The notes under the pieces: generated by a model
Told to the model about the DNA's origin: nothing
Database searches by the model: none
Seen by the model: the letters and a program-made list of their open reading frames with translations, nothing else
Made by a program: the position numbers and the translations under genes
From: Armatimonadota bacterium
Lineage (GTDB): Bacteria; Armatimonadota; Fimbriimonadia; Fimbriimonadales; Fimbriimonadaceae
Length of the DNA stretch: 64,000 bases
Direction of reading: 5' to 3'
NCBI GenBank assembly: GCA_031400935.1
Contig: JANNQV010000027.1
Location: 1 to 64,000 of the forward strand
Shown: in pieces, positions 19,983 through 28,401 of the stretch
Layout: each line of letters begins with the position of its first letter
How positions within the stretch are numbered: the stretch's first letter is position 1

Positions 19983-20626
19983 CGCGTTTCAGACTCGGCT
20001 TGAAACTTTGAGTCAAACTGAATTTGACTGATTTCTTCAAATCGAACTTGATCGCCAACTTGAAATCGAAAATAGGCTTCAGCCATGTCCGCAATAACTA
20101 GCGGGGTGCGCCCAATCAGATTCCAACCGCCCGGAATAATCGCCGGATAGATTCCGCACATGGCTTCCGCAATTCCCACTGAACCTTGAGGAACTCTTGG
20201 GCGAGGTGATTCGCGCCTTGCAGTTCCAGAAAGTTTTTCTGCCAAACGCGACATATATGGGAATCCAGGCGTGAAGCCTATGGCTTCCACTCGAAACTCG
20301 GCATTCAAAAACTCTTCTTTAAAATCTTGAATTGTTAGATTTAGACTCTCGCATACTTCGGCGAAGTCTTCGCCCATTTCAAAGCAAATAGGGATCTCAT
20401 GCAACTTGTTTGCGTCAACTCTTCGACGCAATGAACAAATTGCTTGTTCAACTATGTCAATTTCAGGAAGTTTGTTCTCGAAAAATAACCCAATTCTCCC
20501 ATAGGCTGGCGCATAGTCAATTAGACCTAAGAGCGATGAGCTCAGCTTGCTGAAGTCGAATTCAGCCACATTGTCGGAATCAAGTTCGACAACATAAGCT
20601 AATTCTGCAAGCCGGGTTACGTGCAT
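19979..20626 (-). CDS. pxpB: 5-oxoprolinase subunit B (KipI/AHS1)
   Basis: GFTPGFPY, PRPRVPQGSVGI, GIYP..PGGWNLIGRT. Confidence 0.9.
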   Translation of the reverse strand: MHVTRLAELAYVVELDSDNVAEFDFSKLSSSLLGLIDYAPAYGRIGLFFENKLPEIDIVEQAICSLRRRVDANKLHEIPICFEMGEDFAEVCESLNLTIQDFKEEFLNAEFRVEAIGFTPGFPYMSRLAEKLSGTARRESPRPRVPQGSVGIAEAMCGIYPAIIPGGWNLIGRTPLVIADMAEAYFRFQVGDQVRFEEISQIQFDSKFQAESETR

Positions 20627-20735
20627 CGTCGTTCTTATTTTGAAGCCTATACCAAAAAATCGCTCTTTGCATCAAAAATGCGAATTTCAACCTGAATTTG
20701 GTTCTTGTTTGTAAGGAATTCAGTCTCTATTTTGC

Positions 20736-21173
20736 ATGGAAGTTGTCGGCATTGAAATTTGCCTTTCGGAAGGAGCACAGAAGCCTGAATATCAAACATC
20801 CGGTTCTGCGGGGGTGGATTTGCGTTCCACCAAGGAAGTTCACCTTTCGCCCGGGGAGAGAGGGTTGTTTGGAACAGGGATTCGGGTCGCGATTCCATCA
20901 GGATTTGAAGGACAGATTCGTCCTCGTTCAGGGCTTGCTCTAAAGTTTGGGCTCTCTATTGTGAATTCGCCTGGGACTATTGACTCAGATTATCGCGGGG
21001 AAATTCAGATTTGCCTGATCAATTTAGGCCAAGATACAGTCGAACTGGCAACGGGAGAGCGAATCGCTCAATTGGTAATATGTCCGGTAGCACGGGCAGA
21101 GTTTCATGTTGTAGAAGCTCTAGCAGCAACAGAGAGAGGATCAGGCGGATATGGCAGCACAGGAACCACCTAA
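20736..21173 (+). CDS. dut: dUTP diphosphatase
   Basis: GSAGVDL, RPRSGLA, NSPGTIDSDYRGE, RGSGGYGSTG. Confidence 0.97.
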   Translation: MEVVGIEICLSEGAQKPEYQTSGSAGVDLRSTKEVHLSPGERGLFGTGIRVAIPSGFEGQIRPRSGLALKFGLSIVNSPGTIDSDYRGEIQICLINLGQDTVELATGERIAQLVICPVARAEFHVVEALAATERGSGGYGSTGTT

Positions 21174-22251
21174 CAGTTTACGACTCTGTGACAAGTGTTT
21201 TACAATGCTTGAGCAAGATGCCACCTTTTGTCCCGAGTGCGGAGCGCCCTGTGGAAGTGATTTAGGCCATAGCGAAGGTAGCGATTCCGCCATCTATCCA
21301 GAATTGGCTCGCGCGAACCTATTGAGAATGCGCGGCGAATACAAAATGGCTGAAGAAGTTTGCCGAACAATTTTGAGGCGGTATCCGAACAACACTTCTT
21401 CTGCTGGATTGTTGGGAGACATCGCCGCAGAATCTGGGGAGCTTGAGGACGCAATTAGATGGTACGAACTGGTACTTGATTTATCTCCAGATTCCGATGC
21501 AGAGCGCACAAAACTTGAAGGCGTCCATCGGCGTTTGAAGGAAAAGGAAGCCCTTTCGACGGCTGAACAGCTAGGACTTCCTGTTTCTAGGCCAAAAATC
21601 GGGTTGTTTGCCGGAGTAGTTTTGGTATTGATAGCTGCTGTGGCTTTCGCTGCTTTTCTCTTGGGTCAAAAAACAGGAACTCCAAAATCTCAATCTGGAA
21701 ATCGTGTGAATTTGCCGTACGAGGCAGGAACATTCGATCCGCGCCCAGTTGACACTTCAGTCAATTCATCTGAAAATAGTCCATCTTCGATAGTTGGGAA
21801 TGCCTTGGTGGAGCAGCTTAGGACGAAGTCTGCCCTTGGCGCAAGGATCATTGATGCGTGGATTGACCCGAGAACGAATCATTTGAATCTAGTCTTTAGG
21901 GCGGAGACCGTGGATGATATTCGGTATGTTGCCGCTCACTTAGCGCGAATCGGTCTGGACCAAGTATCTGAAGCCACTTTGGTGAATGTGAGGGGCGTTC
22001 AAGACGGCAAAGATGCCTTCTTTGCTGAAGTTGAGCGATCTGCACTCGTCGCCGCTATTTCTACGCTAGGTGAAAAGCCAGAAACTGATCAAGTTGCTTT
22101 TGCAGACGCAATTCTTGCAAATGAATGGCCGACACGTCATACCCTTGCGCCCCAGCCTAGTCAACCGGATCCTGCTCCATCCCCATCAGAATCTCAGACA
22201 ACGAGCGAGCCTGCGGATACAAGTTCTGCTGGTGATACTTCGCAGAACTAA
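21151..22251 (+). CDS. Zinc-ribbon + TPR + single-TM membrane protein
   Basis: CDKC...CPECG, TPR-like helices, TM at about aa 151-171, periplasmic tail. Confidence 0.7.
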   Translation: MAAQEPPNSLRLCDKCFTMLEQDATFCPECGAPCGSDLGHSEGSDSAIYPELARANLLRMRGEYKMAEEVCRTILRRYPNNTSSAGLLGDIAAESGELEDAIRWYELVLDLSPDSDAERTKLEGVHRRLKEKEALSTAEQLGLPVSRPKIGLFAGVVLVLIAAVAFAAFLLGQKTGTPKSQSGNRVNLPYEAGTFDPRPVDTSVNSSENSPSSIVGNALVEQLRTKSALGARIIDAWIDPRTNHLNLVFRAETVDDIRYVAAHLARIGLDQVSEATLVNVRGVQDGKDAFFAEVERSALVAAISTLGEKPETDQVAFADAILANEWPTRHTLAPQPSQPDPAPSPSESQTTSEPADTSSAGDTSQN

Positions 22252-23345
22252 GCGTAGCCATACCGATCTTCGAGTTCGCGCCAACTACCCGCCTCGATAG
22301 CTGCTCGAATTTCTTCCATCAATCGTGCATAAAATGCGAGATTGTGAAGGCTTGCAATTCGTGCTCCCAATGGCTCCTTGGCCTTGAATAAGTGCCTCAA
22401 GTAGGCTGGGGAATACCGTTCAACGGATGGAAAAATGGACTTCGGGTCAATTGGCTCCATCTGTTCAGCATATTTAGCGTTGAGGATGTTCACCTTTCCT
22501 TGTAAAGTGTAAAGCGAGTGATGCCGGGCTTGGCGAGTTGGCAGAACGCAGTCGAACAGATCAATTCCGCACGAAACTGCATGGATGATGTCTTTTGGGT
22601 GGCCGACCCCCATGAGGTATCGCGGCTTATCGGCTGGCAACAGCGGAGCAGCAATTTTTACCACTGGGTACTGCATTTCGGTCGGTTCTCCGACGCTGAC
22701 TCCGCCTATGGCGAAGCCATCGAACGGCATTTCAGTCAGAATTTGGGCTGATTCCATTCGCAAATCCTCATGAACTCCGCCCTGCACGATTCCAAAAATC
22801 GCTTGCTCTTTTCGGGCGGCTAGGTTCCTCGGCGCCCAGCGATGGGTTTGCTGCATGGCTTTGGCGGCTTCGTCGCGAGTGCAGGGGTAAGGCGGGCAGA
22901 CATCGAGTGACATCATGATGTCCACGCCAAGCTGCTCCTGAATTTCGATGCTGCGCTCCGGCGAGAGGAACATCTTGGTGCCGTCGAGGTGGGACTTGAA
23001 TTCGACGCCTTCATCGGTAATCTTTCGATTCTCGCTGAGGCTCATCACTTGGTAGCCGCCGGAATCGGTGAGGATCGCGCCATTCCAGCTCATAAACTTG
23101 TGCAATCCGCCTACTCTTTCAATCAGTTCACTTGTTGGGCGAAGACCGAGGTGGTAGGTGTTACTGAGGATGAGTTGAAATCCAAGACCTTCTAAATCTT
23201 CGCTGCCGACGGTCTTGACTGTGCCCTGCGTTCCGACGGGCATGAAGCAAGGTGTTTCAACTGTTCCGTGTTTAGTGTGAAGGCGCCCTCGTCTTGCTCC
23301 GGTTGTAGGGCAAGTGGAGAGGAGTTCGAAGGAGATTGGGGGCAC
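22248..23345 (-). CDS. tgt: Queuine/preQ1 tRNA-guanine transglycosylase
   Basis: TPCFMPVGT, NTYHL, TDSGGYQV, GIVQGG, LMGVG, FDCVLPT. GTG start at 23345 follows CATAAT-6nt. Confidence 0.96.
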   Translation of the reverse strand: MPPISFELLSTCPTTGARRGRLHTKHGTVETPCFMPVGTQGTVKTVGSEDLEGLGFQLILSNTYHLGLRPTSELIERVGGLHKFMSWNGAILTDSGGYQVMSLSENRKITDEGVEFKSHLDGTKMFLSPERSIEIQEQLGVDIMMSLDVCPPYPCTRDEAAKAMQQTHRWAPRNLAARKEQAIFGIVQGGVHEDLRMESAQILTEMPFDGFAIGGVSVGEPTEMQYPVVKIAAPLLPADKPRYLMGVGHPKDIIHAVSCGIDLFDCVLPTRQARHHSLYTLQGKVNILNAKYAEQMEPIDPKSIFPSVERYSPAYLRHLFKAKEPLGARIASLHNLAFYARLMEEIRAAIEAGSWRELEDRYGYA

Positions 23346-23510
23346 TAAAACATTATGGCAAGGAAGAGTCGTCAAGTCCCAATCATCATCTCACACGGCT
23401 GCCATTTCGGGTTGCTGGGAAGGTTACCTCGGTGGAGGGATCTCGTTTTGTCATGGTCCGCTTCCATTCGGAATACAAGTATTAGCTACTGGAGATGAGG
23501 AAATGAATGT

Positions 23511-23951
23511 TCAGTATTTTTGGACACCGCAAAAGTTACTCATCCAAGCCATAAGCTCACTAGAAGTTGTAACAGCCTTCAATAATTTCTTTGCCTCCGA
23601 ATTTGATTTCTTCTGGTCGAAGTCAATTCTAGACGAAAGGTCGCGAAATATCGCTTTCATATCCAAGGGGCAATTTGGCAAAACCTGAAGTTCAAATTCC
23701 ATGATTCGCAGGTCATCAGCTGAACAAAAACGGAGAAGCCACGGAGCCTTCCTTGCGATTTTCAAATTGACTGCTTTGTACCATACATTATTAGAATCCC
23801 AAAAGTATTGCGGTTCACCAATCGGCGGAAGGGCGTTTTCACGAATCAGCTTCATTTGGTCGGTCGTTTTGACGATACGATACCAAGTCCCAACGTGTAT
23901 TGCCGGAAGCTTACAGGTGGTTATTGGAAGGACAGAGTGCAGTTCGGGCAT
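23511..23951 (-). CDS. Hypothetical protein, candidate immunity protein of the RHS toxin
   Basis: 146 aa, ATG immediately follows the RHS TAA, no signal peptide. Role inferred from position only. Confidence 0.6.
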   Translation of the reverse strand: MPELHSVLPITTCKLPAIHVGTWYRIVKTTDQMKLIRENALPPIGEPQYFWDSNNVWYKAVNLKIARKAPWLLRFCSADDLRIMEFELQVLPNCPLDMKAIFRDLSSRIDFDQKKSNSEAKKLLKAVTTSSELMAWMSNFCGVQKY

Positions 23952-26900
23952 TTAGTTTCCTGCCCTAATGGTGGCACCAACAGCTGAGGTGGCACCAGCC
24001 TTCTGAAAATTATTGCTACCATACCAAATACGTTCTAAATCAGACATTTTCATACCACTTACAGTTTTGCCATCCAAAAGCTGATGCCAACCGTTCATTG
24101 AAAAGTTCACGCCTTTCCAGTTGTAGCCTTGTCGAAGCTTTGTAACCATAAAAGACTGATTCATAATGGTTTTCATCGCCGTACTATTAAGATAGTACTT
24201 CTGTTTCAGCAAATGGTGGAAGTGTTGTCCTGCAAAATCAGCAAGTCCAACTTCTTTATATAAGGTCCGAGCACTCCTCCAAGATGATGACCCTATGCTG
24301 ATAGTAGCCTTAACTCCAGTCTTCGCTACAGCTTTGACAATAATCCCAACAACTATGACATCCGATATTGCAACTGCGCTATTAACAATTCCCCATCCCC
24401 ATCTACCATTTTGAAAGTCATTTGTTGCCTGCCTTCCTGATCCCCAAAATGGAATCAGTCCTTCCCAGAAACCTGGTTCACCAACTCCCCTTTCTTGGCT
24501 ACCATCCGGATCAACTGAATTCATAGGATTGTTGTTGCAATACGCGTAAAGGTTCAGCCCGCCTGCATGTCCAATCGGGTCGCGGGTGAGGAACCGCCCC
24601 AGCTTGGGAATGTAAAACCTCGCCCCAAGCAAGTCCATTCCAATATCGTCGTTCCTTTGGTAGCCATGCTTGCCCGCAAACCTAAACTGATTTGTCGGCC
24701 CCTGTACATACCATAATACAGGATATTCTAAGCCAAAGCCGTCGTACTCATTTACAGCAAGGGCTGCTCCTCCCGTATCAACTACCGAACTTCCCAGAGC
24801 ATTCTGATAGTAAAAGTGCTGCTCATAGGCAGGTCCGAGCACTTTGACATATCCGATGGAGGGAACGAAGAACTGTGTGAAGTTGCCTGAACCATCGCTT
24901 TCCGCCACAATAGTGTCGCCATCGTAGATAACTCTTCGAGTCACGCTTGAGCTGACGGATTGAACCCTCTTGCCATCGCCATCGTATCGAAAGTCGCTGA
25001 TACTCCCATTTGATTTCTGGATGCGCACTGGGTGATCGTCATAGTCGTACGTTATTGAGCTTATGTTGTATCCATTTGGTGTTGTAAGGGAAGTTGGCGA
25101 ACCATTTCCATTATAACCAGGAACTGAATACCCATCTCCTGATCCAAATCTATCATCGTCAAAGGTTGAAGAGTACGGCAAATAAGTTGAAGGTGTCCCA
25201 TTCCGCACTACAGAAGTACGATTTCCGTTCTTATCATAAGAATATGTGTTTTCAAACTTATTGCCATCTTTAATCCCGTCGGAGTCAGGATCAACCCCAA
25301 CACGAGTTTCTGTCATTAACCGGTTTGCCCTGTCATAAGTATAGGTAGTTGGCCAAGTGAATGTCTGCGTGAAGTTATGAGATAGCGTGTAGTTTGTGAC
25401 ATTGCCTACTTTATCATAGTCGTACCCAAATCCCCATCCGTACCCAAATCCGCCGTGAAAATAGTGGTTGTATGAAACTCCGGTTGTTCTTCCGCGAGGA
25501 TCATAAAAGTATCTTGTCCCAACGGTATTCGACTGTTGCAACGTCCCTGGCCACATTTCTTGAATTGAATCATCTGGATAATATGAGAAGGAAGCGAGAA
25601 GGCTCTGTCCATTTGATTGATTGATTGTTTGCAGCCTGCCCGACGTTTCGTAGCCATAGGTCCATGTCATCGCGTTAACTGTTCCCGTCTTGACCGAAAG
25701 AGTTTGCCTTCTTCCATTGCCAGTGAAAAAAGTCGAGGAAGTTGTCTTACCGGAAATTGCCTGCAAATGGGAATCAGCTATTCCGGCAGTATTTACTGTA
25801 TAAGTGTCTATGAACGGAGTGCCGTCAATATTGTAGTTCATGGATTTCCGAACGCCGTTGTCGAAATACAAATAAATAATGGATCGAACTGCGTTTGTAA
25901 TAAATGTGGCTGGGTACGTGACGGTCCAAAGTCGGCTCTGGTTGTCATAAGTGTAATTCGTGACTTTACCCATGCCATCGGTGCGGCTCAATTGGCTTCC
26001 GTTGCCATCATAGGTCATTTGCTGAGACCAGCCCGTAGTTATATCTGGGTACCGAATTCTAAGCAGCAGGTCTCTTGGCGAGTACTCGTGCAGAGTTACG
26101 TTGCCCTTTGGATCAGTAATTGTTTTGACATTCCCTTCAAAATAATATGCCGTGGATGTTATCAAATCGTTCGAAGGAGTCGCATCTACGGGCCGTTTTA
26201 CAGTAAGAACACGATTAAGATTGTCGTAGGTTGTCGTTGTTGTCCATCCGTTCTCATCTTGGTCTGTCAGCAAATTGCCATTCAAATCGTAGGTCATATT
26301 CCGTTCCATCGCAACAGAACCTGGGAATTTGACTTTCTTTTTCCTCCCCCATTTGTCGTACTCAAAAATTGTTGTTCTGTTCTCGCCGATAGAGTGAAGT
26401 GGAAGCGTTTCGTGCGTAACTTGGTTTAGGCTGTCAATTGTTCTAGTAATTACACCGCCGCCTGGTAGGGTTGTCGTTTGAGCATTTCCGTAAATATCAA
26501 AGTTCGAATGCGTCGTCCGGTTTTCCGTACCGATCTTGGTCGTTTCGAGTTGGCCCGTCGGTGTGTAAGTGTTCGTAGTTAGAACCGATAGGCCGTTTGG
26601 ATTTGAAATCCCATTTGGATGAGTAACTAAGTTAATGAACGAATTGCTCGTTGCATCCTCCAGTTTTGTAAGTAAGCTGAAATTCGTTGCGTGATAGGTG
26701 TACTTTGTTATTGAAAACGTGTTAGCAGAAGTATCAATAGGAAGCCATTCTTCCATAAGCAGGTCGTTATGGTAGAAAAACTCGGACAGCTTTAAGTCTG
26801 GGTCTTTGACCCAGTATGTCAGTCCACGATGCTGCCCATCGTTTCCAAATTCCCACATCTTTAAACGCCGATCGTAGTATTTTTTGAGCATTGCTTGAGA

Positions 26901-28229
26901 CCAATCCCATTCAAATTGCTCAGCGTAAGTTTGACCATTGTCCGTTGGGTCCTCTATCCGTTTTATGGGACTCTTGAAATAATTGGTCTCCAGAAAGGTA
27001 TCCGTGTTGTAGACGTGGCGCCGAATTCTAGGAACTGCAGGGTTCAATGCATCTCCAGTTGGTTCTTCGATTGTACAGATTTGTTCAAATGGTCCTCCCG
27101 CCTGGGTAACAGCGGTAAAGGTTATGTTTGTGGGATGGGAATCAATTTGACCTACTGTCAGTGGGTCTGCGTTTGGTCTTCTGATTTGCCACACATGTCT
27201 TTGCCCCAGGCCAATTTGTGAAGAGTTTGCATATGTGTAATTGAAACGCTCTCCCATCAAATCGTAGATGTCGATGATATTGGAGTCTGTTGAATCATAA
27301 TTGAAGCCAATATATGGAGAAGTGGTAAGGCTCGTGTTCCCGGTCACTGGATCTGGAAAGCGAATTTGGCCCAAATATTCGCTCCACGGATCGTTTGGAT
27401 TGGTCGAACCAGTTTTTAACAACCATTCCCGCACTTGAACATCATTAATCAAAAATTTGATGCTGGAAATAGTGTTAAAGGCTGTTCCGGACATAGGATT
27501 ATCATTGCCATATTCAAGTTGAATTTTGCGTGTATTCGTGGGGTCCTCAATCATCCAAAGCCTCGGAACGGAGCCATTTACGTTCACATAGTAAAAGTCC
27601 GTTTGATTGCCGAACCGATCTACAATTTTCTCAATCAAAAATTGGGTTTGGGCACTCAAAACTTTTGTAAAGTGCCATTTCGACTTGTCGGCTTGATTTG
27701 TTACAATGAATCCTGCAGTAGTGTCGCCACCCGTAATTAGCCGTTGAAGGTCACCTCTTGTTCCCGGGCGCCGAAGCATGATGTTTGCGGTTGGTTCTGT
27801 CTGTCGGTACCATTCACCCCATTGATTGCCCCCAACCGAACAAGTAACATTGCTAGCAGTATTGCCATCTGCCACGCAAACCATTTCAAAGCTATGAAAC
27901 CATCCTAGGCCAGGCCTTCCAATTGTCAGCCCAAACGTTCCTGGACTTGCAACATTACTCCTGTGAGTCAAACTAAAATCTAAACTTGAGTCTCCAAGGC
28001 CGCCTAATGAGACAATTGGAATTGAAGTGACTAACCCACCGTACGATGTCTGCACTTGTGCATACGGGCCAGCTGGATACGAACGCTGATAGCTCATGTC
28101 AATCTTTGGTCCAGGATTACCGCCTTGTGAAAACGAAAGGCAACAAATCGCGGTCAAGTGAAACAAGGCGCAAATAAGTCGAAGCTGTGAGGTCAGTCGA
28201 AGTCGAACAAAGACATTAAAATAGTTCAC
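23952..28229 (-). CDS. RHS/YD-repeat polymorphic toxin with N-terminal signal peptide
   Basis: YD repeats (YDKWGR, YDLNGN, YDNLNR, YDGDGKR), RHS core LGARFYIPKLGRFLTRDPIG...NLYAYCNNNPMNSVDPDG, 182-aa variable C-terminal tip. Confidence 0.92.
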   Translation of the reverse strand: MNYFNVFVRLRLTSQLRLICALFHLTAICCLSFSQGGNPGPKIDMSYQRSYPAGPYAQVQTSYGGLVTSIPIVSLGGLGDSSLDFSLTHRSNVASPGTFGLTIGRPGLGWFHSFEMVCVADGNTASNVTCSVGGNQWGEWYRQTEPTANIMLRRPGTRGDLQRLITGGDTTAGFIVTNQADKSKWHFTKVLSAQTQFLIEKIVDRFGNQTDFYYVNVNGSVPRLWMIEDPTNTRKIQLEYGNDNPMSGTAFNTISSIKFLINDVQVREWLLKTGSTNPNDPWSEYLGQIRFPDPVTGNTSLTTSPYIGFNYDSTDSNIIDIYDLMGERFNYTYANSSQIGLGQRHVWQIRRPNADPLTVGQIDSHPTNITFTAVTQAGGPFEQICTIEEPTGDALNPAVPRIRRHVYNTDTFLETNYFKSPIKRIEDPTDNGQTYAEQFEWDWSQAMLKKYYDRRLKMWEFGNDGQHRGLTYWVKDPDLKLSEFFYHNDLLMEEWLPIDTSANTFSITKYTYHATNFSLLTKLEDATSNSFINLVTHPNGISNPNGLSVLTTNTYTPTGQLETTKIGTENRTTHSNFDIYGNAQTTTLPGGGVITRTIDSLNQVTHETLPLHSIGENRTTIFEYDKWGRKKKVKFPGSVAMERNMTYDLNGNLLTDQDENGWTTTTTYDNLNRVLTVKRPVDATPSNDLITSTAYYFEGNVKTITDPKGNVTLHEYSPRDLLLRIRYPDITTGWSQQMTYDGNGSQLSRTDGMGKVTNYTYDNQSRLWTVTYPATFITNAVRSIIYLYFDNGVRKSMNYNIDGTPFIDTYTVNTAGIADSHLQAISGKTTSSTFFTGNGRRQTLSVKTGTVNAMTWTYGYETSGRLQTINQSNGQSLLASFSYYPDDSIQEMWPGTLQQSNTVGTRYFYDPRGRTTGVSYNHYFHGGFGYGWGFGYDYDKVGNVTNYTLSHNFTQTFTWPTTYTYDRANRLMTETRVGVDPDSDGIKDGNKFENTYSYDKNGNRTSVVRNGTPSTYLPYSSTFDDDRFGSGDGYSVPGYNGNGSPTSLTTPNGYNISSITYDYDDHPVRIQKSNGSISDFRYDGDGKRVQSVSSSVTRRVIYDGDTIVAESDGSGNFTQFFVPSIGYVKVLGPAYEQHFYYQNALGSSVVDTGGAALAVNEYDGFGLEYPVLWYVQGPTNQFRFAGKHGYQRNDDIGMDLLGARFYIPKLGRFLTRDPIGHAGGLNLYAYCNNNPMNSVDPDGSQERGVGEPGFWEGLIPFWGSGRQATNDFQNGRWGWGIVNSAVAISDVIVVGIIVKAVAKTGVKATISIGSSSWRSARTLYKEVGLADFAGQHFHHLLKQKYYLNSTAMKTIMNQSFMVTKLRQGYNWKGVNFSMNGWHQLLDGKTVSGMKMSDLERIWYGSNNFQKAGATSAVGATIRAGN

Positions 28230-28401
28230 GACAATATCATATCAAAACTTATGGGAATCTGCAAAGTGTTTTTGATAAAGTTTTCAACACTGGCAGATAT
28301 CAGGTCATATTTTGATAACCAGTCGCGTCACAATAGCTCGCAACACCATCCTTGCTTTACATCCTGAGATTTAGAGGTAAGGATGTCAAAATGATTTGAA
28401 C

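Noticed and set aside
12077..23345. queF + tgt + dut as a 7-deazaguanine DNA-modification (dpd) island
   Set aside because: TGT is a full-length tRNA-type enzyme, the genes are dispersed, and no dpdB/dpdC-like ORFs are present.
23376..23510. Orphan RHS fragment or att site downstream of the immunity gene
   Set aside because: No RHS-core remnant, tRNA end or direct repeat was recognisable.
25617..26429. 270-aa plus-strand ORF
   Set aside because: Antisense shadow of the RHS gene with no recognisable motifs.
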